Origin: an uncultured delta proteobacterium
GTDB lineage: Bacteria; Myxococcota; Myxococcia; SLRQ01
Direction: 5' to 3'
NCBI GenBank assembly: GCA_963727485.1
Contig: CAVSGM010000003.1
Coordinates: 544,001-608,000, forward strand
DNA: 64,000 nt
Below the pieces are notes generated by a model. It searched no databases. It was not told the DNA's origin and worked only from the letters and a program-made list of their open reading frames with translations. This document shows, one piece after another, positions 24,036 through 34,463 of the stretch (within the stretch, counting starts at the first letter, position 1; every line of letters begins with the position of its first letter). The position numbers were made by a program, and so were the translations under genes.

Positions 24036-26726
24036 ATGGCGAAGAAGCGCGTCTACGAGATGGCCAAGGAGCTGGGCCTCTCCAACAAGGAAGTGGTCGA
24101 CAAGCTCCAGGCACTGGGGTTCGACGTGAAGTCGCACTCCTCGAGCCTGGAAGACGTCGAGGCCGATGCGGCGATGTCCCGGATCCGCGGTGAGACCGCC
24201 GAGCCGGAGGCGCCGAAGAAGGTCGCGGCGCCGGCGGGCGTGGTCCGCCGTCGCCGGAAGAAGACCGCCGGCGACACCGAGGTGGTGACCGAGACCCGGA
24301 TCGTCCCCGGGGCCCCCCAGGCCCAGGAGGAGGTCGTCCGGACCACCGAGCAGCCGGTGGCCCCCGAGCCCGAGGAGGTGCCCGCCGAGGTCGCCGCCGA
24401 GGGGATTGAGGCCGAGGCCGCCGCCGAGGGCGAGGCCGCCGGTGTCGAGGCCGCCGCCGAGGGCGAGACCCCGGCCGTCGCCGCCGAGGGCGAGTCCCAG
24501 GCCGCCGCCAGCGCCGAGGCCGGCACCAACGGCGGGGCCGCCGCCAAGAGCGACCCGAACCTCCCCGCCGTCAACGAGGGCGAGGTGGTCAGCGTCGAAG
24601 ATCGGCTCAAGGAGCCCACGGCCACCCAGGCGGTGGTCATCAGCCGGCCCCTGATCCCGGTGGCGCCCAAGGTCCCGCCGGCGCCCCGGACCGCCGGTGG
24701 CCCCGGCCGGCGCATCGGGCCGGTCAAGGAGTACCAGGTGGTCTCCGACGCCCTCGGCCGCGGCCGGGAGTTCGTCGACGTCACCAAGGACAAGGGCAAG
24801 CGCAAGACCCCAGGCGGCGAGCGCCGCGCCAAGGAGGCCTTCAGCAAGCGCGAGCTGATGACCATGGCCCGCTCCCGGGCCTTCGTGCCCATGCGCGGCC
24901 GCAAGCGCCGGCCCACCAAGAAGGGCAAGAAGACCGAGGTCACCCAGGCGGCGGCCCACAAGCGGATCATCCGCGTCGAGGAGACCATCCAGGTCGCCGA
25001 GCTCGCCAAGGGCATGGGCGTGCGGCTCACCGACGTCATCCGCAAGCTGATGCAGCTCGGGGCGCCGGCGACGGCCAACCAGTCCATCGACGTGGAGACC
25101 GCGCAGCTGGTGGCCGACGAGTTCGAGTACACCGTGGTGAAGACCGGCATCGAGCTCGAGGACATCCTGGAGACCGCGCCCGAGGGCGAGGAGATCGAGG
25201 GCGGCGAGTCGCGGCCGGCGGTGGTCACCGTCATGGGCCACGTCGACCACGGCAAGACCTCGCTCCTCGACTACATCCGCAAGAGCCGGGTGGCGTCGGG
25301 CGAGGCCGGGGGCATCACCCAGCACATCGGCGCCTACAGCGTGCCGGTGGGCGAGGGGAGCATCACCTTCCTCGACACCCCGGGCCACGAGGCGTTCACC
25401 GCGATGCGCGCCCGCGGGGCCCAGGTCACCGACGTGGTGATCCTGGTCGTCGCCGCCGACGACTCGATCATGCCCCAGACCGTCGAGGCCATCAATCACG
25501 CCAAGGAGGCGGGGGTGCCCCTGGTGGTCGCGGTCAACAAGTGCGACCTCCCCCAGGCGAACCCCGAGCGGGTGCGCCAGGGCCTCACCGAGCACGGCCT
25601 CGTCCCCGAGGAGTGGGGCGGCGACGTGATGGTGGTCGACGTCTCGGCCAAGAGCGGCGAGGGCGTGGACAAGCTGCTGGACGCCGTGAACCTCCAGGCC
25701 GAGGTCCTCGAGCTCAAGGCCAACCCCGAGGCGCCGGCCCAGGGCGTGGTCATCGAGGCCAAGGTCGAGAAGGGCCGCGGGCCGGTGGCCAGCGTCCTGG
25801 TGAAGAACGGCACCCTCCACAAGGGCGACGTGATCTTCACCGGCACCCACTACGGCAAGATCCGCGCGCTCCTCGACGACACCGGCAAGCCCATCAAGGA
25901 CGTCGGTCCGGGGCTCCCGGCCGAGGTCCTCGGTCTCGACGGCGTGCCCTCGGCGGGGGACAAGTTCTACACCGCCAAGGACGAGAAGGCGGCCCGGGAG
26001 CTGGCGGCCAAGAACGCCGAGAAGGCCCACGTCGAGGGCCTCGGCGGCGACGCCGCCCTCGACAAGCGCATGAGCCTCGAGCAGCTGTTCTCCGCGATGA
26101 AGGAGTCGGAGCAGAAGGAGCTCAAGCTCATCGTCAAGGCCGACGTCCAGGGCTCCACCGAGGCGGTGATCGGCGCCCTGACCAAGCTGACCACCGAGAA
26201 GGTGAAGGTCACGGTCATCCACCAGGGCGTCGGGGCCATCTCCGAGTCCGACGTGATGCTCGCCGCCGCCTCCGGGGCGGTGATCGTGGGCTTCAACGTC
26301 AAGCCCGACGGCAAGGCCCGGAAGACCGCCGACCACGAGGGCGTGGATGTGCGCGCCTACAGCGTCATCTACGACGCGGTGGACGACGTGAAGGCCGCGA
26401 TGATTGGCCTGTTGCCCCCCATCCGCAAGGAGCAGTCGGTGGGCCACGCCGAGGTCCGGGAGGTCTTCCGGGTCAGCGGCAAGGGCACCATCGCCGGCTG
26501 CGCGGTGGTCGACGGCAAGGTGCAGCGCTCCGCCCACATCCGGGTGCTCCGCGACAAGGCCTCGGTCTTCGAGGGGCGGATCGACGGCCTCAAGCGGTTC
26601 AAGGAGGACGTCCGCGAGGTGCCCACCGGCATGGAGTGCGGCGTCAGCATCGCCGGCTTCAACGACGTGAAGGCCGGCGACGTCCTCGAGGTCTTCGACA
26701 TCGAGGAGGTGCGGCCCACCCTCTAG
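24036..26726 (+). CDS. infB: translation initiation factor IF-2
   Basis: [41 protein letters not shown]. Confidence 0.98.
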   Translation: MAKKRVYEMAKELGLSNKEVVDKLQALGFDVKSHSSSLEDVEADAAMSRIRGETAEPEAPKKVAAPAGVVRRRRKKTAGDTEVVTETRIVPGAPQAQEEVVRTTEQPVAPEPEEVPAEVAAEGIEAEAAAEGEAAGVEAAAEGETPAVAAEGESQAAASAEAGTNGGAAAKSDPNLPAVNEGEVVSVEDRLKEPTATQAVVISRPLIPVAPKVPPAPRTAGGPGRRIGPVKEYQVVSDALGRGREFVDVTKDKGKRKTPGGERRAKEAFSKRELMTMARSRAFVPMRGRKRRPTKKGKKTEVTQAAAHKRIIRVEETIQVAELAKGMGVRLTDVIRKLMQLGAPATANQSIDVETAQLVADEFEYTVVKTGIELEDILETAPEGEEIEGGESRPAVVTVMGHVDHGKTSLLDYIRKSRVASGEAGGITQHIGAYSVPVGEGSITFLDTPGHEAFTAMRARGAQVTDVVILVVAADDSIMPQTVEAINHAKEAGVPLVVAVNKCDLPQANPERVRQGLTEHGLVPEEWGGDVMVVDVSAKSGEGVDKLLDAVNLQAEVLELKANPEAPAQGVVIEAKVEKGRGPVASVLVKNGTLHKGDVIFTGTHYGKIRALLDDTGKPIKDVGPGLPAEVLGLDGVPSAGDKFYTAKDEKAARELAAKNAEKAHVEGLGGDAALDKRMSLEQLFSAMKESEQKELKLIVKADVQGSTEAVIGALTKLTTEKVKVTVIHQGVGAISESDVMLAAASGAVIVGFNVKPDGKARKTADHEGVDVRAYSVIYDAVDDVKAAMIGLLPPIRKEQSVGHAEVREVFRVSGKGTIAGCAVVDGKVQRSAHIRVLRDKASVFEGRIDGLKRFKEDVREVPTGMECGVSIAGFNDVKAGDVLEVFDIEEVRPTL

Positions 26727-26765
26727 CAGGGGGCCGCATCGGCCCGGAACCCGGGCGCGTCTCCA

Positions 26766-27362
26766 ATGGTCGTCGGCATCACCCGCGTCAGCCTGGCCCT
26801 CCCGGGCAACGACTCCCTGAAGGGCAAGCGCTCGGTGGTGAAGAAGCTCCTGGAGCGGGTGCGCTCGCGGTTCCACATCTCCGCTGCCGAGGTCGACGCC
26901 CAGGACAGCCTCCAGCGGGCGGTCCTCGGGTTTGCCACCGTGGGCAGCGATGGCCGCAAGGTCGCCACCGTCCTCGAGCGCATGGTCGACTTCATCGACG
27001 ACGCAGGGTTGGCCCAGGTGGTGGCGGTGGAGCAGGAGACCGTGAACTACGGCGACGACGCCCTCGGCGAGGATGTGTGGGGGAGCTACGCGGAGAAGTT
27101 CGGCGCCGACGAGACCTGGCCCCCGGCGGGGGTGATGCCGGCGCTGGACGCCGGGCCCGCCGGGGACGCCGACGCCCGTGACGCCACTGACGCCGACGCC
27201 ATCGCCACCGACGCCGGGGAGCTCGCCGACGCCCGGGACGGCGCCGGGTCCGGGCACCGGGTGCGCATCCGCCCGGGGAGCCTGGGCTTCGGCTCCCGGA
27301 AGGCCGTGGACATCCCCGCTCCCGGGGACGCGGCCACCGACGAGGACGAGGAGGATTCGTGA
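26766..27362 (+). CDS. DUF503 (YlxP) protein with acidic C-terminal extension
   Basis: SLKGKRSVVKKLLERVRSRFHISAAEVDAQD; follows infB. Confidence 0.88.
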   Translation: MVVGITRVSLALPGNDSLKGKRSVVKKLLERVRSRFHISAAEVDAQDSLQRAVLGFATVGSDGRKVATVLERMVDFIDDAGLAQVVAVEQETVNYGDDALGEDVWGSYAEKFGADETWPPAGVMPALDAGPAGDADARDATDADAIATDAGELADARDGAGSGHRVRIRPGSLGFGSRKAVDIPAPGDAATDEDEEDS

Positions 27363-27820
27363 GCCACCGTACCGCCATGCTGGGTCACGTGATCCAGAGG
27401 AGATCACCACCCTCATCCAGCGGGGGAAGCTCAAGGACCCGCGGGTCCACGAGCTGACCACCATCACCGGGGTCGACGTCACCGGCAATCTCTCCCTGGC
27501 CCGGGTCTACTTCACCGTCCTCGGCGACCAGGCGGCCATCGAGGAGACGGGCCGGGGGCTCCAGGCCGCCAGCGGCTTCCTCCACCGGCACCTGGGCAAG
27601 GTCCTCACCGTGCGCCAGGTCCCGACCCTGGAGTTCCGCTACGACCCCTCGGTGGCCCAGGGGGAATCGGATCGAGCGGCTGCTGGCGGGCCTGCCGGAG
27701 CTGCATGAGGACGCCGCGGGAGATGCGGGGGACGACGCCGAGGCCGAGGCCGACGCCGGTGCCGAGGCCGATGTCGAGGCCGAGGACGAGGACGATCCTG
27801 AGGGATCCGCCCAGCGGTAG
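27359..27820 (+). CDS. rbfA: ribosome-binding factor A (two frameshifts; acidic tail)
   Basis: KDPRV..TITGVDVTGNLSLARVYF..GLQAASGFL..VRQVPTLEFRYD; GTG overlaps the upstream TGA. Confidence 0.9.
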
Positions 27821-27990
27821 ACGTCCGGGACCGGCCGGCGACGTGCCGGGCGGTGGTGGGGGCGTTCGGGAGGGGTCCGGCGTGCCCGTTTAATCCGGCG
27901 TCGGGGAAGCCCGCACCCGCCCTTGGGCACCGCGCCACACGGCGCCTGAACCCTTCAGGCGAGGACCCGCCGCGAGCCGGCTCCCCGCGT
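27821..27990 (+). ncRNA. candidate structured RNA, possibly 6S (SsrS)-like
   Basis: Terminal pairing GGGA-CCGGC-CGGCG / CGCCG..GCCGG..TCCC; inner stem GTGCC-GGGCGG / CCGCCC..GGCAC; motifs GCGTGCCC...GGGGAAGCC and CCTGAACCCTTCAGG in 6S-like order. Judged by eye only. Confidence 0.3.
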
Positions 27991-28165
27991 CCGCATGGGT
28001 GATCTCCCCACTCGCCGCCCCTGGAAGAGCTTGCGCGCGGGGCCGGATCCCCCCTTTCCCCAAGGTCTTGGGGTGCCCACATTCCCGATCCGCGGTCCGA
28101 ATCCTTCACATCCGGGGCCGCGGAAGGATAATCTGGCCTTTCCCCACCCTGGCTCGGGAGGGCAC

Positions 28166-29134
28166 ATGCTTGAGCGGGTCGCGGACCTGGTCCGCGAAGG
28201 ACGGCGATTTCTGGTGACGATGCATCGGCGCCCCGACGGGGACGCCCTGGGGTCCAGCCTCGCGCTGGCCTGCGCCCTGCGAGAGATGGGCAAGGACGTG
28301 GTCCACTACAACCCGGACCCGGTGCCCTACAACCTGCGCTTCCTCCCGGGCGCCGATCGCATCGTCGACACCGTCGAGGGTGATTTCGACGCCACGCTGG
28401 TGTGCGACACCCCTCGCCTCGAGCGCCTCGGCGACGCCCTCCCGGGGGCCCCGGCGCGGGGCGTGCTGGTGAGCCTCGACCACCACGGCGGCGAGCCCTT
28501 CGGCGACGTGAACCTGGTGGACACCGGGGCGGCGGCGGTGGGGGTCCTGGTGTGGCGGCTCCTCGGGACCCTCGGGCACCCGGTGAGCCGGGAGGTGGCC
28601 CACGGCCTCTACGCCTCGATCCTCACCGACACCGGCTCGTTCCGCTACGACTCCACCGACCCCGAGTCGCTGACGATCACCGGCGAGCTCATCGCCGCCG
28701 GGGTCCGTCCCTGGGAGATCGCCTCCCGGATCTACGAGTCCCAGCCCGCGGCCCGGGTGCGTCTGCTGGCGCGGGTGCTGGCCACCCTCGACGTCACCCT
28801 CGCCGGCCGCTACGCCACCCTGGTGGTCACCCGCGAGATGCTCGACGCCTGCGGGGCCACCGAGGAGATGCTCGACGGCTTCGTGAACCACGCCCGGGGC
28901 GTGGATGGGGTGGAGGTCGCGGGTCTGTTCGTGGAGCTCCCGGACGGCGCCTGGAAGGGCTCGTTCCGCAGCCGCGGCAACGTCGACCTCCGGGCGCTGG
29001 GCAGCGGCCTCGGGGGCAACGGCAAGCACAACGCCGCCAGCGCCGTCTTGACCGGCGACGAAGCAGCGGTTAAGGACCGGGCGGCGCGCGCCGTGGCCTC
29101 ACTCTTCGGCGTCGCCGACACCGCCGTGGCCTGA
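28166..29134 (+). CDS. nrnA: DHH/DHHA1 phosphoesterase (NrnA-like)
   Basis: HRRPDGDALGS, LVCD, LDHH, ILTDTGSF, KGSFRS; usual position between rbfA and truB. Confidence 0.88.
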   Translation: MLERVADLVREGRRFLVTMHRRPDGDALGSSLALACALREMGKDVVHYNPDPVPYNLRFLPGADRIVDTVEGDFDATLVCDTPRLERLGDALPGAPARGVLVSLDHHGGEPFGDVNLVDTGAAAVGVLVWRLLGTLGHPVSREVAHGLYASILTDTGSFRYDSTDPESLTITGELIAAGVRPWEIASRIYESQPAARVRLLARVLATLDVTLAGRYATLVVTREMLDACGATEEMLDGFVNHARGVDGVEVAGLFVELPDGAWKGSFRSRGNVDLRALGSGLGGNGKHNAASAVLTGDEAAVKDRAARAVASLFGVADTAVA

Positions 29135-29197
29135 CCGCCACTGACCACCCTCTTCGCCCACGCGGGTCCGAGCCCCGCGCGGCTTCGCGAGATCGCC

Positions 29198-30151
29198 ATG
29201 AGCACCGTGTCCTCGGGGAAGGCGCCCCGCCCCCCGGATCCCGCCGGGATCCTCGTCGTCAACAAGCCCAGTGGCCCCACCTCCCACGACGTGGTCGCGT
29301 CCATCCGCCGCCACCTCCGGGTCAAGCGGGTCGGCCACACCGGCACCCTGGATCCCCTCGCCGAGGGCGTGCTGGTGGTGTGCCTCGGCGAGGCGACCAA
29401 GCTCGCCGGCTACCTCACCCACGCCGAGAAGGACTACGAGACCACCGTCCGTCTCGGCGAGAGCACCGACACCCACGACGCCACCGGCCAGGTCCTCGAG
29501 TCGCGGCCGGTGGAGGTCACCCGGGAGCAGGTGGAGGCGGCCCTCGAGGGCTTCCGCGGGCAGATCACCCAGATCCCGCCCATGTACTCGGCCCTGAAGA
29601 AGGACGGGCAGCGCCTCTACAAGCTGGCGCGCAAGGGTGAGGTGGTGGAGCGCGATCCCCGCATCGTCCAGGTCCACCGCCTGGACCTCACCCGCTTCGA
29701 GACCCCCGAGCTCGATCTCTCGGTGACCTGCGGCAAGGGCACCTACGTGCGCACGCTGGCCCACGACATCGGGGAGGTGCTCGGCTGCGGGGCGCACCTC
29801 AAGAGCCTCACCCGGACCCGGGTGGGCCTCTTCGGCCTCGACGAGGCGATCTCCCTCGAGGACGTCCGCGCGGTGAGGGACGCCGAGGCCAAGGAGACGC
29901 TCCTCACCCACCTGGTGCCCATGTCCGAAGCCATGCGCGATCACCCGGCCCTGCGCCTCGACCGCCGGGCGATCCGCGGCGTGGTCCAGGGGCGGGCCCT
30001 CAAGCCCGGCGAGGTGGCGAGCGCCGGCGGCGGGGGCCTGCGCCCCGGCCAGCTCACCCGGCTCCTCGACGAGGAGGGGCAGCTGGTGGCCCTCGGCGAG
30101 GTGAAGAGCCACGGGCTCCAGCCAATCCGCGTCTTCCGCCACAACCCCTGA
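29198..30151 (+). CDS. truB: tRNA pseudouridine-55 synthase
   Basis: [45 protein letters not shown]. Confidence 0.97.
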   Translation: MSTVSSGKAPRPPDPAGILVVNKPSGPTSHDVVASIRRHLRVKRVGHTGTLDPLAEGVLVVCLGEATKLAGYLTHAEKDYETTVRLGESTDTHDATGQVLESRPVEVTREQVEAALEGFRGQITQIPPMYSALKKDGQRLYKLARKGEVVERDPRIVQVHRLDLTRFETPELDLSVTCGKGTYVRTLAHDIGEVLGCGAHLKSLTRTRVGLFGLDEAISLEDVRAVRDAEAKETLLTHLVPMSEAMRDHPALRLDRRAIRGVVQGRALKPGEVASAGGGGLRPGQLTRLLDEEGQLVALGEVKSHGLQPIRVFRHNP

Positions 30152-30167
30152 GGGAGGTCGGGCGCGG

Positions 30168-31572
30168 GTGATCTCCATCTGTGAGACGACCCGGTGGGTG
30201 GACGGCGAGCTCGCGGCGATCAGCCGTGAGCTGAAGATGCTCTACTACCTGAACCCGGTGAACTCCGACGACCAGCGCGCCCGGTTCTTCGCCAAGAAGG
30301 GGAGCTGGCAGCCGCGCTTCCGCTACAAGCGCCTGGACTTCGACCGGGACCTGGTGCGCCGGAATCTCTACGAGCTGCCGATCGAGGGCATCGCCGATCC
30401 GCTCCTCCAGGACCTCTACCGGAAGAAGCGCTGGGAGATCGACAACCAGCTCTCGCTCCTCGACGAGCGCGGCAGCGACAACCTCACCCTCACCAGCGAG
30501 AAGCTCTACGGCGGCGTCGACGCCCAGGCCGTCCGCGACGCCCACGAGATCCTGGAGATGGATCCGGAGCCCGAGACCCGGACCGTCTCCGCCGAGCGGG
30601 TCAAGCGGATGCTGGAGCAGGTGGTGGCCAGCTACAGCCGCAAGGCCGGCGAGCCCTTCGACTGCAAGGTGCGCCTCCGCCGCCACCTCTCGAGCAACGC
30701 CGCCGCCGGTGAGCGCTCGGTGGCCCTCAAGACCCAGAGTCGCTACAGCCTCAACGACGCGCGGATCTACGGGGTCCACGAGGTGGGCTGGCACGTGCTC
30801 ACCGCCAACAACGGCGGCCGGCAGCCCCTCCAGATCTTCGCCATCGGGCTCCCGGGCTTCCTCGGCGCCCAGGAGGGCGCGGCGATCTTCGCCGAGTACA
30901 TGGCCGGGGCCCTGACCGTGAACCGCCTGCGGATCATCGCCGGGCGGACGCTGGCGGTGTCCCTGGCGCTGGAGGGCTGGCCCTTCTCCGAGACCTACGA
31001 CTACCTGATGCGCATGCCCCACGGCTTCCACCGGCTGGACGCGTTCACCATCTGCGAGCGCGCCTACCGGGGCGGCGCCGCGGACCGCAGCGGCCGGTGG
31101 CACGGGGTCTACACCAAGGACGCCATCTACCAGCGCGACTTCGTCCGGGTGTTCACCTGGTGGCGCTCGGGCCTCGACCTCTCGGTGCTCTCGGCGGGGA
31201 AGATGGACCTGGAGCACGTGGGCTGGGTGGGGCAGGCCATCGCCGAGGGGGATCTGTTGCCCCCGGCGTTCCTCCCGGCCTTCGTCGCCGACGTGGACAA
31301 CCTCAAGCTGCGGCAGATCGTGTTCTCCCTGCTCACCCGTCGCCCCTCCCCCGACGCGCCCGACGCGGCGGCCGCCTGGCCCCCGCCGCCGCCGGCGATG
31401 GTCACCCCCGCGCCCGGGCCGATCCCGCCGGCGCCGCCGCGGACGCCGACCTCGCCGCCCCAGAAGAAGCGGACGAAGAAGGCACCTGCCGCCGGGAAGG
31501 CGAAGGCGTCCTCCGCCGCCCGGGAAGGCGAAGCGGGCAGGGAAGCACAAGCCCGGCGGAGGCCGGGGCTGA
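30168..31572 (+). CDS. DUF1704 / MATCAP-like HExxxH metallopeptidase with Pro/Lys-rich tail (probable frameshift near 31520)
   Basis: [47 protein letters not shown]; the shifted tail ends at a TGA overlapping the dtd ATG (TGATG). Confidence 0.8.
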
Positions 31573-32022
31573 TGCGCCTGGTGGTCCAACGGGTCACCGA
31601 GGCCCGGGTCACCGTGGGCGACGAGGAGACCGGCGCCATCGGCGAGGGCCTGCTGGTCCTCCTCGGCGTCGGTCGGGACGACGGCGACAGCCGAGGTCAC
31701 CTGGGCGGCGGACAAGATCGCCGGCCTGCGGATCTTCGAGGACGACGCCGGGAAGATGAACCGCTCGGTCACCGACACCGGCGGGGCGGTGCTGGTGGTC
31801 AGCCAGTTCACCCTCTATGGCGACGTGCGCAAGGGCCGGCGGCCCTCGTTCGTCGCCGCCGGCGACCCCGCCGAGGCCGACGCCCGGTACCAGCAGGTCT
31901 GCGCCGGCCTCCGGGCCCGGGGCCTGACCGTCGCCACCGGGCGCTTCCAGGCCCACATGGCCGTCGCCAGCGTCAACGACGGCCCGGTGACCATCCTCCT
32001 CGACTCCGACCGGGCGTTCTAG
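31572..32022 (+). CDS. dtd: D-aminoacyl-tRNA deacylase (one frameshift)
   Basis: [49 protein letters not shown]. Confidence 0.93.
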
Positions 32023-32129
32023 GCGACCGGCCAGCCGTCAGAGCCGCCGCCGGGCCCGGGTCGGTGAAATCGCCCGGGCGGGCCCGCGTATCCGAGGATG
32101 CGCACCTTCCCACCCCCCTGGAGGCTCTC

Positions 32130-32510
32130 ATGGCCAAGCACGTCGCGATTCTCGGCTTCATCTACGGCATCTTCGGGGTCTTCGCCGCCCTGGCGGGGGT
32201 CACGGTGATGCTCTTCGGTTGGGGCGCGGGCCTCGCGGTGTGGATCGGCGGCCACGATCACGCCGGGGCCGCCGGAGCCGTGGCGGCGATGGCCGGCAGC
32301 GGCATCGGGCTGATGCTCCTCTTCGGCGGGGTCCTCAACGGCCTCACGGCCATCGGGCTCTGGGGCCGGCGCCGCTGGGGAAGGATCCTGGGGATCGTCG
32401 CCTCCATCCTCAACATCCTCCCCCTCACCTGGATGAGCCTCTTCGGCGTCTACGGCCTCTGGGTGCTCTTCTCGGAAGAGGGCAAGCGCGAGTTCGCCGT
32501 CGCGCGTTGA
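32130..32510 (+). CDS. small membrane protein
   Basis: GGAGG SD; 3-4 hydrophobic helices; [15 protein letters not shown]...YGLWVLF. Confidence 0.7.
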   Translation: MAKHVAILGFIYGIFGVFAALAGVTVMLFGWGAGLAVWIGGHDHAGAAGAVAAMAGSGIGLMLLFGGVLNGLTAIGLWGRRRWGRILGIVASILNILPLTWMSLFGVYGLWVLFSEEGKREFAVAR

Positions 32511-32540
32511 GCGCGGCTCCCAGCGCCCTAGAGTCCGGCC

Positions 32541-32885
32541 ATGCGCGACTGCATCTTCTGCCAGATCCGCGACGGCAAGGCCCACGCCCAGGTGGTCTAC
32601 CAGGACGACGAGGTCCTCGCCTTCGACGACATCAACCCCAAGGCCCCGACCCACGTGGTCATCATCCCCAAGCGGCACATCGCCACCCTCAACGACCTCG
32701 CGCCCGGTGACGCCGAGCTGGTGGGCCGGCTCCACCTGGTGGCGAGGGGCATCGCCGCCGACCGGGGCCACGCCGAGCCCGGCTACCGGGTGGTGATGAA
32801 CTGCAACCGGGCGGCCGGCCAGTCGGTCTTCCACATCCACCTGCACCTCCTGGGCGGCCGGCCCCTGGCCTGGCCACCGGGGTAG
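32541..32885 (+). CDS. hinT: histidine triad (HIT) nucleotide-binding protein
   Basis: DCIFCQI; AFDDINPKAPTH; GQSVFHIHLHLLGGR. Confidence 0.95.
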   Translation: MRDCIFCQIRDGKAHAQVVYQDDEVLAFDDINPKAPTHVVIIPKRHIATLNDLAPGDAELVGRLHLVARGIAADRGHAEPGYRVVMNCNRAAGQSVFHIHLHLLGGRPLAWPPG

Positions 32886-32891
32886 ATCGCC

Positions 32892-33086
32892 ATGCTGAAG
32901 CTCCTCCTCTGGTGCCTCCTCTTCGTGGCCTGCTGGCCGCTGGCCCTCTTCGCCCTGGTCCTGTGGCCGTTGGCCTGGCTGGTGCTCCTGCCCTTCCGGC
33001 TCCTGGGCATCGCCGTCGACGGCGTCCTGGCGTTCATCCGGGCGGTGGTGATGCTCCCGGCGCGGCTCCTGGGCGCCCGGGCCTGA
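32892..33086 (+). CDS. small hydrophobic membrane protein
   Basis: 64 aa, WPLAL..LWPLAWLVLLPFRLLG pattern; directly after hinT. Confidence 0.65.
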   Translation: MLKLLLWCLLFVACWPLALFALVLWPLAWLVLLPFRLLGIAVDGVLAFIRAVVMLPARLLGARA

Positions 33087-33108
33087 GGCGGCCGGGGCGC
33101 CCGGTGGC

Positions 33109-34215
33109 CTACTTGCGCTGCGCCTCCACCTGGGAGGAGGTGGCGTAGATGTCGGGCCGGGGATCGCCTTTGACCACCAGCTGCCCCAGCGCCCCCTGCT
33201 CCACGCGGAAGATCGCGTGGTCCACCAGCTTGTAGGTCCCGGGGACGGTGAGCCCGAAGTCCACCACCGTGGCCCCGCCGGCGGGGACCAGGGTGGTCTG
33301 GAGGTCGTGGGCCGGCGGGCTCACCAGGTCGCCCTCCCGGTACACGTGGTCGAAGTGCTCGCCGATCACGTGGAAGGAGGAGATGAGGTTGGGGCCGATG
33401 TCCCCGAAGAAGATCCGCACCGTCTCCCCGGTCTTGGCGTGGAGGGCGCCGGCGCCGGTGAGCGCCCCGACCTTCCCGTCGAACACCACGTAGCGGGGCC
33501 GCTCGGCGAGGCCGGCGGCGTGGTCGAAGGGCAGCACCTTGGACCCGGGCTTCGGGTCCCCGGCGTAGAGCTCGGACTGCATCACGTAGAACTCGTGGTC
33601 CACGTGGGGCAGCCCGCCCTTGGGCTCCACCAGGATGAGGCCGTACATCCCGTTGGCGATGTGGGTCGCCACCGGCGGCACGGCGCAGTGGTAGACGAAG
33701 AGCCCGGGGTAGAGGAGCCGGAAGCGCACGGTCTTCGGGTGCCCCGGGACCACGATGGTCGCCGCCGACCCGCCGCCGGGGCCGGTGACCGCGTGGAGGT
33801 CGATGTCGTGGGGCATCCCGGTGGCGTCGGCGTTGGTCAGCGTCAGCTCCAGGACGTCGCCGACCCGGGCGCGGATGAACGGCCCCGGGGTGTGCCCGTT
33901 GAAGGTCCAGTAGGTGTAGGCGTAGTCGTGGTCGCCCACCGGGAGGGTCACCCGGCTGGTGGTCAGGTGGACCTGGAGGATCACCGGGTGGTCCCGGTGG
34001 ATTGGCGGCGGCACCTTGGGGGCGAAGGTGAGCTTCGCCTTCACCGTCTCGGAGGGCTCGGGCAGGGGCGTCGTCGAGGGCCGGGTGACCGGCTCCAGAT
34101 GGGTGGCGCGGGCCGGGCCCTGGGCCGGAGACGGCGCGGCCTGGCAGCCGGCGCCGAGGGCGACGAGGCCGGCGGTGGCGAGGGTGAGGGCGAGGCGGTC
34201 GAGGGTGTGGTGCAT
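33109..34215 (-). CDS. nirK: copper-containing nitrite reductase (AniA-type lipoprotein)
   Basis: Lipobox LGAGC; PHDIDLHAV; YHCAVPPVATHIANGMYG; SSFHVIGEHFD; LVDHAIFR. Confidence 0.92.
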   Translation of the reverse strand: MHHTLDRLALTLATAGLVALGAGCQAAPSPAQGPARATHLEPVTRPSTTPLPEPSETVKAKLTFAPKVPPPIHRDHPVILQVHLTTSRVTLPVGDHDYAYTYWTFNGHTPGPFIRARVGDVLELTLTNADATGMPHDIDLHAVTGPGGGSAATIVVPGHPKTVRFRLLYPGLFVYHCAVPPVATHIANGMYGLILVEPKGGLPHVDHEFYVMQSELYAGDPKPGSKVLPFDHAAGLAERPRYVVFDGKVGALTGAGALHAKTGETVRIFFGDIGPNLISSFHVIGEHFDHVYREGDLVSPPAHDLQTTLVPAGGATVVDFGLTVPGTYKLVDHAIFRVEQGALGQLVVKGDPRPDIYATSSQVEAQRK

Positions 34216-34300
34216 GGCGGGTCTCCAGGGGTGCGGGGGGTTCGCCCGCCCGCACTGCATCGCACGTGCCTCGGCCAGCCGCCAGCCTTGCCTGGCGCCA

Positions 34301-34324
34301 ATTATGGACAAATTGGTCCGTTAT
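34301..34324. promoter_or_regulatory. palindromic operator overlapping the putative nirK -10
   Basis: ATTATGGACAAATTGGTCCGTTAT is 18/24 self-complementary (core GGAC-N6-GTCC); minus strand reads CATAAT at 34306-34301. Confidence 0.6.
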
Positions 34325-34463
34325 CGGGATCCGGACCGTGATCCGCCCGCGACGGGGCCCCCGCGCCCCCGCGCGCCCTGCGCGGCGACCGGGGATGGTG
34401 CGCAAGCCATGCGTTGCTGGCGGCCTTGGTGCCTCCCTCCAGACCCCTCGCAGCGACACACGT

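Noticed and set aside
27359..27820. Programmed frameshifting in rbfA or dtd
   Set aside because: No slippery heptamer or stimulatory context seen; sequencing error is simpler
27867..27980. Cobalamin riboswitch, SRP or tRNA-like reading of the rbfA-nrnA gap
   Set aside because: Isolated words only (AATCCGGCG, GCCAC, minus-strand CCCCCACCA); no B12 box, SRP S-domain or T-loop
30168..32510. 780-aa DUF1704-Dtd-membrane fusion ORF
   Set aside because: Better explained by two indels; TGATG overlap and a separate SD at 32130 indicate three genes
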